DNA from: Bacillota bacterium
GTDB lineage: Bacteria > Bacillota > Clostridia > Christensenellales > UBA1242
Length of the DNA: 64,000 bases
Reading direction: 5' to 3'
Assembly (NCBI GenBank): GCA_009780065.1
Contig: WRAS01000001.1
Coordinates: 34,521-98,520, forward strand
Both the position numbers and the translations under genes were made by a program. The notes beneath the pieces were generated by a model. The model was not told where the DNA came from. It ran no database searches and saw only the letters and a program-made list of their open reading frames with translations. Shown one piece after another: positions 46,885 to 56,905 of this stretch (position 1 is the first letter of the stretch; every line of letters begins with the position of its first letter).

Positions 46885-49116
46885 ATGGCAAATGAAAATT
46901 TTAAAGACATAGAAACGCTTAGAGTTCCGTTCTCGGCTGTTTTACCTGGTCTAATTAATAGGCAAGTTTTCACCTTTAATGATGAAGCAAAGAAGAAACA
47001 AAAGGCTAAGGTAGAAAAAAAGGCTAATGTGGTTCTTTTACCAACCAAACATGGTATTGAAGAATTTCGCGAGAGAGATACAAGGATAGCCTCTTTTTGT
47101 GAATTCCATTCTTATAAAGAGTTGGAAGATGGCAAGACCGAGATAATGTTCAGATGTTTAAGTCGTTGTTTGGTGACGGATTTGAAATTAAATGAATTAA
47201 ATTTCTTTGCGGATGTTGAAATCTTGCCTGTGCAAATGTTTGAAAAAGGAAACCAAGAGCAAGATAGACTAATGTCTGTAATTCAAGAACAATTCAAAGA
47301 ATATTTGATGCATGATATAAATGTAAAGGTTGCACAAATTGAAAGTATCAAAAATCCAAAATCAATTGATCATTTAATAGAAATAATGGCAACCGCAGTC
47401 AATATGGATATAGTTGCAAGACGCAAATTATTAGAAGAATTGGACTCGGTGAAAAGATTGCAGATACTTAGTTCGGCGCTTGAGACAAGAATATTCGAGA
47501 GGTCAACCGAAAAAGGCAAGGACTTGGTCACATATTACAAGGATAAAATAAGTGACCTTGTTTTGGATTCTGAGATTAAAAAAATAATTTATATTCAAGT
47601 GAATAGGTTAAGAAGTCTTCAGCCATCAAACGCAGACTATGGCAAGGCAATTGACTGGCTTGACAGAGTGATCGCATATCCATGGAACCAAGAAACACAA
47701 GATAACAGGGATTTGGAACTTGCAAAAAAGATTTTGAAAGAAAGCCACTTTGGTATGGAAAGATTGAAGCAGCGAATTCTTGATATAATTGCTGTTCGCA
47801 AATATGCAAAAAAACAACCGCCTCAAATATTATGTTTGTATGGTCCACCTGGGGTCGGTAAAAGTACAATTGCCAAAAGCATTGCCGAAGCGTTGAATAA
47901 AAAATATGCTGCGGTTGCACTTGGTGGCGTACGTGGCTCGGCAGAGATTCAAGGAATGAAACAATTTTTTAATGGTGCAAAACCTGGTGCCATTATAGAA
48001 GGCATAACAAATGCTGCCAGTAATAATTGTCTAATATTGTTAGACGAGATTGACAAAATGGGTGAAAATACCTTAAATGGAGATCCTTCGGCTGTATTGT
48101 TACAAGTTATGGACAGAAATCAAAACAAGGCATTCAAAGATCTTTATTTCGACATTCCCGTTGATCTTTCGAACATATTCTTTATTGCAACTGCAAATGA
48201 CCTTAGAACGATATCAGAGCCATTACTTAACCGTATGGAAATTTTGACACTTGATGGCTATTCTCTTAATGAAAAAGTTCATATAGTAAACAATCACCTT
48301 ATAAAAAAGGTGATGAAAGAATTTGGGCTGGAACAAGATATAATTTCAATGTCCGATGAAACAATTGCACAAATGATAGAACAATACACGTTCGAAAGTG
48401 GTGTAAGGCAACTGGAAAACGTGGTGCGGGAACTTTGTCGTAAACATATTGCTAATCTTGCAATTGCGGGGAAACCACTAGAACATGCCGAACTAAAAAT
48501 CCATGATATAAATAACCTGGTTGAAGGTTATTATGAACGAGAATCAAATATGGCCGAAGAAGACGAAATTGGTGTCGTAAATAAAATGACAGTTACGAAT
48601 GGCAACATAGGGGCAATAAAGAGACTGGAAGTTGTTATTGCAAAGGGTAAAGGCGACAAAGTAATCTCGGATAATATTATAGGCACAGCAAAAAGCACAT
48701 TTAAAACGGTGTCTGGACTTCTTCGTTTTCATGCTCAAAATTGGGGAATTCCAGACGAAGTGTTCACCGATTTTGATATTCATATACATTCACCTATACA
48801 CGAGCAAAGGAACGATGGCTCGTCTGGTGGAGTAGCGGATGTTATTTGTATTTTGTCTGCCGTAAAAAATATTCCTGTACCTCATACAATTGCATTTACT
48901 GGTGCAATAACATTAAAAGGACGAGTCATGGCAATAGGCGGTGTAAAGGAAAAAGTATTGGCAGCACAACGCAGTAATCAAATTAAGACTGTAGTAATAC
49001 CGCAATCAAATAAAAAGGACGTGGATAAGTTGCCGCCTGATGTGTATGAAGGTTTGGAATTCAAATACTTTACAGATATACAAGAGGTATATCAATTCAT
49101 TTTTGGTGACAAATAG
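46885..49116 (+). CDS. lon: ATP-dependent Lon protease (LonA-like)
   Basis: Walker A GPPGVGKST (47842-47868), LLDEIDK. Protease region NDGSSGGVA with a downstream GGVKEK lysine. Confidence 0.85.
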   Translation: MANENFKDIETLRVPFSAVLPGLINRQVFTFNDEAKKKQKAKVEKKANVVLLPTKHGIEEFRERDTRIASFCEFHSYKELEDGKTEIMFRCLSRCLVTDLKLNELNFFADVEILPVQMFEKGNQEQDRLMSVIQEQFKEYLMHDINVKVAQIESIKNPKSIDHLIEIMATAVNMDIVARRKLLEELDSVKRLQILSSALETRIFERSTEKGKDLVTYYKDKISDLVLDSEIKKIIYIQVNRLRSLQPSNADYGKAIDWLDRVIAYPWNQETQDNRDLELAKKILKESHFGMERLKQRILDIIAVRKYAKKQPPQILCLYGPPGVGKSTIAKSIAEALNKKYAAVALGGVRGSAEIQGMKQFFNGAKPGAIIEGITNAASNNCLILLDEIDKMGENTLNGDPSAVLLQVMDRNQNKAFKDLYFDIPVDLSNIFFIATANDLRTISEPLLNRMEILTLDGYSLNEKVHIVNNHLIKKVMKEFGLEQDIISMSDETIAQMIEQYTFESGVRQLENVVRELCRKHIANLAIAGKPLEHAELKIHDINNLVEGYYERESNMAEEDEIGVVNKMTVTNGNIGAIKRLEVVIAKGKGDKVISDNIIGTAKSTFKTVSGLLRFHAQNWGIPDEVFTDFDIHIHSPIHEQRNDGSSGGVADVICILSAVKNIPVPHTIAFTGAITLKGRVMAIGGVKEKVLAAQRSNQIKTVVIPQSNKKDVDKLPPDVYEGLEFKYFTDIQEVYQFIFGDK

Positions 49117-49168
49117 TTCAGACCATACAAGATGCGGTATACTATGTCAGATATACTAAGGGGTGATC

Positions 49169-49879
49169 ATGAAAATTTATGCAATTTCTGACCTTCATCT
49201 GTCGTTCATAGCGGACAAACCCATGGATCTTTTTGGTGGGCATTGGACAAATTACGAGGAACGAATTTTGAGTGATTGGAATTCAAAGGTAGGTGCAGAC
49301 GACGTTGGTATCATCGCGGGGGATATATCTTGGGCAATGCGAATGGAGGAGACTGCAAAGGATTTTGAGTTCCTTAAAAAACTAAACGGTCACAAAATTA
49401 TTATCCGCGGCAACCATGATTATTGGTGGAAAAGCATTTCACGTATTCGTTCGGAACTGGGTGCGGATTTTTCTGTATTGCAAAACGATAGCGTTAAAAT
49501 TGGCAACACAATATTCGCAGGTACCCGTGGATGGCGTGTACCAGAAAGACGACAAGGTCAGAATGACGAGGATAAAAAGATCTACGCACGCGAGGTACAA
49601 CGATTAGAACTGGCATTAAAGGACGTGGAAAAGAAAAGGCAAGAAGGTGACAAATTAATTGCGGTAATACACTACCCACCATTTAACAGTACCCGTGACA
49701 ATTCACAATTTACGGAATTGATGGAACAATACAAGGTTGACGTCTGTGTATACGGGCACCTACACGGCAAACCCGGCAGGGCGGAATTGATAACACAAAA
49801 AAATGGCATAAAATATTATTTAACCAGTTGTGATATTTTGGATTTCAAGGTCACAGAGATTAATTTGGATAAAGCATAA
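49169..49879 (+). CDS. Calcineurin-like metallophosphoesterase
   Basis: ISDLHL, GDISW, GNHDYWW, YGHLHG. AAGGGG Shine-Dalgarno before ATG 49169. Confidence 0.8.
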   Translation: MKIYAISDLHLSFIADKPMDLFGGHWTNYEERILSDWNSKVGADDVGIIAGDISWAMRMEETAKDFEFLKKLNGHKIIIRGNHDYWWKSISRIRSELGADFSVLQNDSVKIGNTIFAGTRGWRVPERRQGQNDEDKKIYAREVQRLELALKDVEKKRQEGDKLIAVIHYPPFNSTRDNSQFTELMEQYKVDVCVYGHLHGKPGRAELITQKNGIKYYLTSCDILDFKVTEINLDKA

Positions 49880-50023
49880 ATTCTTCTTCATTCCAAACGA
49901 TATCCAGTGCTTCGTTACTTAACGGGGGCTCTGGAATTGTTTGATTAATCTCTTGCTTATGCTTTTTTCTGAAAAACCACATAATCAATTATAACATTGT
50001 TTTTTCAAAAAACCACTTGACAT

Positions 50024-50045
50024 TATATATATATATATATATATA
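50024..50045. repeat. (TA)11 dinucleotide microsatellite abutting a TTGACA -35 box
   Basis: TTGACA 50017-50022, one T, then 22 nt of perfect TA repeat ending at 50045. The hexamer at the 17-nt spacing is TATATA (50040-50045). Confidence 0.9.
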
Positions 50046-50088
50046 GTAGACTCAACTTACCGTGACAGGGTGGGAATAGATTTAAAAT

Positions 50089-50502
50089 ATGGAGTTTTTA
50101 AATATGGGTGTAGACGATCAACGTGAATTATTAGAATATTTTGTCAAATCTGGAAACAAGGTTGACTTTGATTTGCTAGCGTCAAAAATTATTTCTAAGG
50201 GAGAGATACACGATGTAATTAGGGTTTTCGTTGTTGGTGCAAGTGACCCTGAAAAAATTGGTTTTAATGAATATGCTTTTTTTGAATCTGTTATGCAAAT
50301 TGACCCTAAACTGTTAGAAGGTTTTTTAGAAGTTCAAAAGCATAGAAAGAGCACTTTTACTGAGGAACAACTGCAGAAAATTGATTCATTCATCTATGCA
50401 AATAAAAAGACTGACAGTTTAAATGAAGAACTAGAAAAATTTGGTGGTGTGGAATTATACCGCGGGAAAAAGCCACAAGAACAAACCCAGGAACAAGAAT
50501 AA
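50089..50502 (+). CDS. Hypothetical acidic protein (137 aa)
   Basis: ORF between the TA-repeat promoter and a strong terminator. Alternative ATG at 50104. Confidence 0.55.
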   Translation: MEFLNMGVDDQRELLEYFVKSGNKVDFDLLASKIISKGEIHDVIRVFVVGASDPEKIGFNEYAFFESVMQIDPKLLEGFLEVQKHRKSTFTEEQLQKIDSFIYANKKTDSLNEELEKFGGVELYRGKKPQEQTQEQE

Positions 50503-50520
50503 AATTTATACTAAATTTAA

Positions 50521-50545
50521 AAAACATCCGTCGTGGATGTTTTTT
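50521..50545 (+). terminator. Rho-independent terminator
   Basis: AAAACATCC-GTCGT-GGATGTTTTTT. Confidence 0.75.
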
Positions 50546-50628
50546 ATGACCTAAGAAAAATCGTTAGATTTTTCGATAATTGGCAAATACATTAATGTCC
50601 AAAAAATGCAACAAAGTTTGTATTTATA

Positions 50629-50651
50629 ATGCGAGCTTGCTCGCATTTTTT
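50629..50651. terminator. GC-rich hairpin 15 nt beyond the stop of the minus-strand IlvD-like gene; T6 run on the plus side
   Basis: ATGCGAG-CTTG-CTCGCAT followed by TTTTTT. On the minus strand it is followed by TTATAAATA. Confidence 0.6.
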
Positions 50652-50665
50652 ATTGTTAATATATT

Positions 50666-51958
50666 TTAACTAAAATACGCTTGAGCCTCTTTGTTGGAAT
50701 TTCGCTTTGCACGGACTTTCATATCTTTTGCCGAAATGCTTGTATTAAACCGACCCTTGGCAAGATCAATTTCCAGCACGTCTGCGGTTTGAATGTTTGC
50801 AAAGTCTTCGTTTTGTAAACTAGTTGGCTTGCATAATGTAATGGTTAAAACAGGCGAGGGCTCGGCAACACCGTCTGTTGCGACCGCGATTTTGCCCGCT
50901 TTGTTCATGCCCTCAATTGTATATATAATTCCTGAAACGTTGGTGTCTACGCAGTTTTGTAATACGATAACACCCTCGTCAATGGCGCCGCTGGAAATTG
51001 CTTTGTCGGCGTCTTCCAGTGTTTGATATACCCACGCCTTGCCGCTGAATGCAACTTTGCCGCTTTCCACTGGTTGAACATAACCGCCGTCGTCGCAGGC
51101 ACTTCCACGGCAGAGGATAACCTGACCTTTTGTCTTGGATAAGTCCGCAAATAACGAATGAGAGTTTTTTGTATCAACAAGATTTAGCAATGACACAAGA
51201 CCATTGATACTTGCACCCATTTCCAAACATTCTGAAATTGCGTCTGTGAATTTGTTTTTGACGGCCAGTATCTTTTTTGGTGTGGTGACATTTTCCGCGC
51301 GTTCTATTGACTCGATGCCTGCACGATATGCCATGTTGACCCATGAACCTGTATTTGTTTGTAGTATAGTAGATTCAGGAAGGATAAATCCCAATTTTTC
51401 CAACGCAAGGAAAAATGATGTGGTTGTTCCAAACTGTGGCGACAATCCGCGCGGAAGGGCGGTGGATTCCAATTTGGTTTCATCATCAATACGTGCCAGT
51501 TGCTTTCCATTTGAACGCAACACATCCACACAAAACGATTTATTAATTCCCATGGGCACAACAATAACAGGGCAGTTGCATTTTACACACGATTCCAATA
51601 ATCCAATCGTTGTGATATCACAATCTGAAACAATAACAACACAATCCACAAGGTTTGTCTTTATAATACCAATTCCGTTGGTCATAGACATCTTGCGATG
51701 TTCACGTGCAAATTTTGCGGTGTACGGGTTGACTTTGTTCAAAAAACCAAAGTCTGGTATGTTTACAACAATTGGAACCCCGCCTTTGGACATAATCCCC
51801 GATACCACGTTTTCCACTGCCTTTTGTGTGTAATGAATATCTCCGGTTGCGATGACGGCGATATTTAACACCTCGGAATCCGTCACCATTTGGCCTGTGG
51901 CGAATGATTGCACTTTTTTAATTGTTTTTGCATTTGGACTAAGTGTGTTGTAGTTCAT
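50666..51958 (-). CDS. Short, divergent IlvD/Edd-family dehydratase-like protein (430 aa)
   Basis: Collinear with IlvD by eye: NIAVIATGD, KGGVPIVVN, VIVSDCDITTIGLL (vs CDK..PGM), PVIVVPMG, C-terminal IAVATDGVAEP (vs TDGRFSG) and VLEIDLAKGRFNTSISAKDMKVR. Confidence 0.6.
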   Translation of the reverse strand: MNYNTLSPNAKTIKKVQSFATGQMVTDSEVLNIAVIATGDIHYTQKAVENVVSGIMSKGGVPIVVNIPDFGFLNKVNPYTAKFAREHRKMSMTNGIGIIKTNLVDCVVIVSDCDITTIGLLESCVKCNCPVIVVPMGINKSFCVDVLRSNGKQLARIDDETKLESTALPRGLSPQFGTTTSFFLALEKLGFILPESTILQTNTGSWVNMAYRAGIESIERAENVTTPKKILAVKNKFTDAISECLEMGASINGLVSLLNLVDTKNSHSLFADLSKTKGQVILCRGSACDDGGYVQPVESGKVAFSGKAWVYQTLEDADKAISSGAIDEGVIVLQNCVDTNVSGIIYTIEGMNKAGKIAVATDGVAEPSPVLTITLCKPTSLQNEDFANIQTADVLEIDLAKGRFNTSISAKDMKVRAKRNSNKEAQAYFS

Positions 51959-52149
51959 TTATGTCTCCCTTGTTTTTATTTCCCCATTGCCTATTATTAT
52001 GTTCTTTTAGGTGGGTATAAGTCAAGGAGTTTTGTCAGATTTTCAGATTAAACAAGACGTATGAAAGTATTTGACATAAAAATCAATAGAATAGATAATA
52101 TTACTATAGATAAATTGGGCACTTATGAAGAACATAACGGAGGAAAGAT

Positions 52150-53928
52150 ATGAACGAACATATGCCGACAGCGGACCAAGGAAGTATTTGGTATCAGTCC
52201 AAAGCAAAACCAACCGATGCACGTCAAACACGGGCGGTTAAATTGTCTACTATGGCGATTTGTGCGCTTGCTATGATTTGCGTTCCTGTGTTGTTAATTA
52301 TTGCGGGGATGCAAGATGCGGGGGCCGCACCGTTCGCACCTGCGACAATTCGATTAAATGCAAATGGCGGGGGGATTTCTGGTTGGCAAGGACAATTCGG
52401 TCCCAGTGTAGATCACACCTTTCAAGCGGATCCATCTGGTATCTGGACAATTACATTACCAAATGCCTCAGATATGAACCCACCAGGCGGAATAGCAATT
52501 AGTCAATTCCAAGGTTGGGTAGTCGCATCCAGTCCGACAGAGGTTATCTTGCCAGGCGGTCTTTTTTCTACAGGAGGCGGAGGTGCCGGTTGGGGTATAA
52601 ACATGATGGCCGGACCAGTAGAGTTGATTGCACTTTGGCATACACCAGTCAATGTAATATTTCACATGCACGAGGGTGCACCTATAAACACAACCAGATA
52701 CGGTAACCCATCTACAATTACTTATCGAATTCCTAATATAGTTGGGACGGGTCATGTTGTTAGTGCGACACCTGCAATGCAACTTACTTTTGGGGGCAGA
52801 AACTTTCTTGGATGGTACACCCAAGCAGTATTAGGAGAGAATGTCAGTTTCCCGCAAACAATAACCACAACTGAAAATTTCCATGCAAGATACGGTGATG
52901 CCGCGTTTGTTACATTTATGGCGGCAGGCGGAACTATGACTGGTTCAGGTCAAGATATTGTACACGGTGGAGGTGGTTCAATTACCCGACCGCTTGCTGT
53001 TGGGTTTCCAATTGGTAGCGAACCAGTAATAACAAGAACAGGATACCGCCTTGTTAGATGGCAATCATCACTAGACACCCAAGCAACAATTGTATTTGGA
53101 ACAGGTAACGAAGCCTTTGTTGTAAAACAAGATGTTACAATGACCGCGATATGGGAAAGGGCAGTGTTTACCATTAATTTTGATGCACAAGGTGGCATAG
53201 CCGGCGGAACGCAAACAGTTTTACATGGGAACGCAATAGTAAGACCGCAAGACCCAACACACACAAACCAGGATCTTTACTTTAGACACTGGGCAACCAC
53301 AGTTGGCGGAAACACATCTTTTGACTTTAGCACAGTTATTACAGGTGAAAATTCTGCCGGAACTGGAAATACTTTGTTTGCGGTTTGGGGTGCAAAATTA
53401 ACATTGACATTAAGTATCGAAAACCCGCTTTCTGGAGATTTAACAATACTTACATTCCGACGTCCAACAGGGTACCAATTAACCACATTGAACTCATATT
53501 TGCCTGTACACCCTGCATTACAATTTATGGGATGGGCAACCAGTGTAGGCGGTCTTGTGGTACACAACGCAGGTGCAGTTATAACTTTAACAGGTAACAC
53601 AGATTTATTTGCAAGGTTCAGAATTAATCCAGACTACATGCCTGGTGGATTGAACATCGTTACATTGAATTTTGCGGGTGGATTGAACCCTGGAAATAAC
53701 CTTGTGACTTCATGGGTAATACATTCATGGGATCCAAGCACGTTAAACCTTCCAAGTCAAATGCAAATGGACGAGTTCGCGATGCTAAACTCGGACTTCC
53801 ATGGATTGGAATTCCAAGGTTGGTTTGCAAACTCGAACTTTACAGGAAGTGCTTTTACCACAATTCCATCTGCAATGGTAGGGGGGGGCGAGATTCAATT
53901 CTTTGCAAAGTGGACGTTGGTTCCATAA
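52150..53928 (+). CDS. Surface protein with Listeria-Bacteroides (InlB B-repeat/Flg_new-type) repeats
   Basis: N-terminal anchor/signal STMAICALAMICVPVLLIIAG. At least 6 units with the F-x-GW...(F/L)(Y/F)A-x-W pattern (FLGWYTQ...FHARY, YFRHWAT...LFAVWG, FMGWATS...LFARF, FQGWFAN...FFAKW). GGAGGA Shine-Dalgarno. Confidence 0.75.
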   Translation: MNEHMPTADQGSIWYQSKAKPTDARQTRAVKLSTMAICALAMICVPVLLIIAGMQDAGAAPFAPATIRLNANGGGISGWQGQFGPSVDHTFQADPSGIWTITLPNASDMNPPGGIAISQFQGWVVASSPTEVILPGGLFSTGGGGAGWGINMMAGPVELIALWHTPVNVIFHMHEGAPINTTRYGNPSTITYRIPNIVGTGHVVSATPAMQLTFGGRNFLGWYTQAVLGENVSFPQTITTTENFHARYGDAAFVTFMAAGGTMTGSGQDIVHGGGGSITRPLAVGFPIGSEPVITRTGYRLVRWQSSLDTQATIVFGTGNEAFVVKQDVTMTAIWERAVFTINFDAQGGIAGGTQTVLHGNAIVRPQDPTHTNQDLYFRHWATTVGGNTSFDFSTVITGENSAGTGNTLFAVWGAKLTLTLSIENPLSGDLTILTFRRPTGYQLTTLNSYLPVHPALQFMGWATSVGGLVVHNAGAVITLTGNTDLFARFRINPDYMPGGLNIVTLNFAGGLNPGNNLVTSWVIHSWDPSTLNLPSQMQMDEFAMLNSDFHGLEFQGWFANSNFTGSAFTTIPSAMVGGGEIQFFAKWTLVP

Positions 53929-53949
53929 AAACATAATATTATTATAAAG

Positions 53950-53971
53950 AACCCGTATCTACGGGTTTTTT
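53950..53971 (+). terminator. Rho-independent terminator
   Basis: AACCCGT-ATCT-ACGGGTT followed by TTTT. Confidence 0.8.
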
Positions 53972-54025
53972 CTTTTATCGAAGATTTTAGTTTTATTTAT
54001 GTGCGCTTTCATTTATAATATAGTT

Positions 54026-54691
54026 ATGCTGTTTTCAATTTTTCAAAGTGACATGACAGGTCTAGAGATAATGTTGGCAATTGTTGCGTTTGGCCTTGCG
54101 ATTATGATTGCATTGGTATTTCATGAATGGGCGCATGCCTTTGCTGCGTACAAGAGTGGTGACCCAACCGCAAAGATGATGGGGCGCATGACACTTAACC
54201 CAGCCAAGCATGTGGAACCACTTGGACTGTTTTCATTTATCTTCATTGGTATCGGTTGGGCAAAGCCGGTTCCGGTTAACCCATTCAATTACCGAAATTT
54301 TCGTCGTGGTAATTTTTGGGTGTCGATTGCAGGTGTGTTGACGAATTTTATTTTTGGATTTGTATTCTCGCTTGGATTCTTTATGATAACAAATTTTACA
54401 AACTATGTTGAGAACGTTTGGCTTTGGGCATTGGCGATTTTCTTTATGTTCTCGATGGTTATTAATATTTCATTGATGATTTTTAACCTACTGCCTATAC
54501 CTCCATTGGATGGTTATAATATGTTGCGCAGTATAACAAAACCAAATAACAGTTACATGCAATGGGCACGAGATAATGCGCATTGGTTGTTGATTGTTGT
54601 ATTGCTGGTAAGTATGTTCAGTGGGGGTATATTCCTGTTGCGTGATGGGATTATTTCTTTGTTCAATATGCTTTGGGGTGCGATATTTTAG
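54026..54691 (+). CDS. Site-2 protease (M50) family membrane metalloprotease
   Basis: HEWAHA (54122-54139) and NLLPIPPLDG. TATAAT 54014-54019 lies 6 nt before ATG 54026, so this start is preferred over ATG 53999. Confidence 0.8.
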   Translation: MLFSIFQSDMTGLEIMLAIVAFGLAIMIALVFHEWAHAFAAYKSGDPTAKMMGRMTLNPAKHVEPLGLFSFIFIGIGWAKPVPVNPFNYRNFRRGNFWVSIAGVLTNFIFGFVFSLGFFMITNFTNYVENVWLWALAIFFMFSMVINISLMIFNLLPIPPLDGYNMLRSITKPNNSYMQWARDNAHWLLIVVLLVSMFSGGIFLLRDGIISLFNMLWGAIF

Positions 54692-54727
54692 TTGGACAAA
54701 ACAGGGTGGAGTGTTAATCTATAAAAG

Positions 54728-55561
54728 ATGGAATTTATTAGGGCAAGTGACCAATACAAAGTAACATTATCGGATTTCGAGGGTCCCCTTGATTTATTAT
54801 TGCATCTTATTCGTGATGCAAAGTTGGATATAAAAACGGTTCCTCTTTGCAAGGTAACGGGGCAATATCTAGAGTTCCTTAATCAGTTAGATACCCTAGA
54901 TTTAAATCTTGCCAGTGAATTTATCGAAGTTGGCGCAACATTAGTGGAAATAAAAACCAAACAAATATTACCAAAGTTTAAAGAAGAAGAAAACGTTGAA
55001 GAAGACGCAGAAGCACGCCTAAGAGCCCAGTTAGAGGAATATAGAATATTAAAAGAAGCCAGCGAAAAACTAAAACTCCAAGAAAATATAAATCGATTTT
55101 ATAAAGACCCAGAGCCGATGAAAGAAGTTATAAAATACCGTTTGGATAATTTGGATTTAGATTTGTTGACTGGTGCATTTTTACGGATATTGCACAAAAT
55201 CGAACAAAAAGCCGCACCAGTAAAAGAAAAGAGCATTGTAAGAGACCGTTTTACTGTTGCGGAAAAAATAACTGATATACGGAACCGACTTGTGTCTGGT
55301 AAACAATTTATTTTTTCCAGTTTGTTTGATGCGGACATTACAAAGAGTGAAATTATTAATACATTCCTTGCCATGTTGGAACTGCTGAAGGGTGGCGAGA
55401 TAAAAGTAACGCAAGGTGACAGGTTCACCGAAATTACAATTATCAAAGGTGAAAACCTTAATAAAAACGATAGCGAAAGTTTTTCGACCTATGATACAAT
55501 AGAGGAAGACAAGTCAGGGGGAGAAATTGAGTACGAAATTGTCCAAGGAATTAACGACTGA
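54728..55561 (+). CDS. scpA: Segregation and condensation protein A
   Basis: Hallmark FEGPLDLLLHLIRDAKLDI, C-terminal winged-helix region FLAMLELLKGGEI. Confidence 0.85.
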   Translation: MEFIRASDQYKVTLSDFEGPLDLLLHLIRDAKLDIKTVPLCKVTGQYLEFLNQLDTLDLNLASEFIEVGATLVEIKTKQILPKFKEEENVEEDAEARLRAQLEEYRILKEASEKLKLQENINRFYKDPEPMKEVIKYRLDNLDLDLLTGAFLRILHKIEQKAAPVKEKSIVRDRFTVAEKITDIRNRLVSGKQFIFSSLFDADITKSEIINTFLAMLELLKGGEIKVTQGDRFTEITIIKGENLNKNDSESFSTYDTIEEDKSGGEIEYEIVQGIND

Positions 55562-56180
55562 AACCCAAGTGGTAGAGGTTGGTAATATAATTGTCGCAAC
55601 TTGTGACATTCCCGTAAAAGACCTTGCGGGTTATGTTGAATCTGTTCTTTTTTTGTCTGGCGACGGGGTAGCCAGTTCATATCTATCTGAAAAGTTTAAT
55701 TGCAATATAAAAGATGTTGAAGACGCGTTATTTTGTTTGCAACAAAAATATGGCGGGAAATGCGGAATTCATTTAATTAAATATCGTAACAAATGGCAAT
55801 TGGCCACCAATCCAAGTTACGCGGAAAAGGTGGCAGAGGTGCTTAACCCAATTCGTGAAAAGAATCTAACACGTGCAATATTAGAGGCACTTGCAATCGT
55901 TGCATATAAACAACCGATTACCAGGCTGGACGTGGACGAAGTTCGCGGGGTGGACAGTACATACGCAATGCAAGTTCTTACACAAAATAATTTAATCGAG
56001 GTTGTTGGGCGAAAAGATACAATTGGGAAGCCACTATTATACGCAACCACGGACGAGTTTTTAAAACGCTTTGATCTGGAGAATATAGATAAGTTACCAA
56101 GTTATGATGAATTACTGGAAAAAATTAAAATCATCCAAAACGGTGATGATCTATATAACAGTAACAGGGAACAGGCATAG
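55527..56180 (+). CDS. scpB: Segregation and condensation protein B
   Basis: ESVLFLSGDGV, LTRAILEALAIVAYKQPITRLDVDEVRGV. TTG start 6 nt after a GGGGGAG Shine-Dalgarno. Overlaps the scpA end. Confidence 0.85.
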   Translation: MSTKLSKELTTETQVVEVGNIIVATCDIPVKDLAGYVESVLFLSGDGVASSYLSEKFNCNIKDVEDALFCLQQKYGGKCGIHLIKYRNKWQLATNPSYAEKVAEVLNPIREKNLTRAILEALAIVAYKQPITRLDVDEVRGVDSTYAMQVLTQNNLIEVVGRKDTIGKPLLYATTDEFLKRFDLENIDKLPSYDELLEKIKIIQNGDDLYNSNREQA

Positions 56181-56200
56181 ATTATTTAGTTAATAAAAAA

Positions 56201-56860
56201 CTATGACATTACCCATATTTGATTGCTCCATTCGCTTGCTTGATGATTTTCGCCAACACCTTTTATTGCTCTTACTGTGAAATACTGTGATTGTATATTT
56301 TGTGACCATGTTGTTAAAATCTCTGCCATAGTGATTTCCGTTTTGGGTGCATCGAAAAAGAAAGAATGAGTAACTGGGTTGCGATCATTATGTCGTTGAA
56401 CACTTCTCCTGATTTCATAAAAATCAGCACTTGGAACACTTAGCCAATGGAGTCTGTGTTCATCAATTTCAATGAATGGTGCGAACAGACTGTCTGGAAT
56501 AGGTGGTGTTATTCTTACGTAAGTTGAACTCCATTCTCGATAAACATTGGCTCCATGTGGAAATGCACTTCTAATCCGTCTCACCCTTAAAAACCAATCT
56601 CCCTCTATAAACTTAAAGTCATTGACATCAATACTGCGTTGACTCCAAATATCTATTGTGTCAGTAGTTACAAGCACATCATCTCTATAAACACGCCTTT
56701 CAATATTGAATCCAGCACCAGGTCTAGCCGTGCTATCCCAATAAAGTGTGTCGCCATCAAGTCTGACATTAGTAACTTGATTACTTCTGCATCCAGTCAT
56801 AATGAATGCCGTTGGCACAATCAAAACAATTACAAGCAAGGTCAATACAACTTTTTTCAT
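56201..56860 (-). CDS. Lipoprotein with two FN3-like repeats
   Basis: MKKVVLTLLVIVLIVPTAFIMTGC signal plus lipobox at ATG 56860. Repeats LDGDTLYWDSTARPGAGFNIERR and IDEHRLHWLSVPSADFYEIRR. Confidence 0.7.
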   Translation of the reverse strand: MKKVVLTLLVIVLIVPTAFIMTGCRSNQVTNVRLDGDTLYWDSTARPGAGFNIERRVYRDDVLVTTDTIDIWSQRSIDVNDFKFIEGDWFLRVRRIRSAFPHGANVYREWSSTYVRITPPIPDSLFAPFIEIDEHRLHWLSVPSADFYEIRRSVQRHNDRNPVTHSFFFDAPKTEITMAEILTTWSQNIQSQYFTVRAIKGVGENHQASEWSNQIWVMS

Positions 56861-56905
56861 ATCAATATTATACTCGATAATAGAATTATATGGTAGTATA
56901 AATTT

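Noticed and set aside
49860-49982. 41-codon minus-strand ORF (MWFFRKKHKQEINQ...) convergent with the phosphoesterase gene
   Set aside because: It is too short, overlaps the 3' end of a confident CDS, and has no Shine-Dalgarno or promoter.
50555-50574. Perfect 8-bp AT-rich hairpin GAAAAATC-GTTA-GATTTTTC between two terminators, considered as a possible sRNA element
   Set aside because: The stem is low in stability and there is no convincing promoter in 50546-50628. It is probably just part of a convergent terminator region.
51204-51833. 209-aa plus-strand ORF antisense to the IlvD-like gene
   Set aside because: The minus-strand frame carries recognisable IlvD-family collinearity. The plus-strand ORF has no motif or initiation signals.
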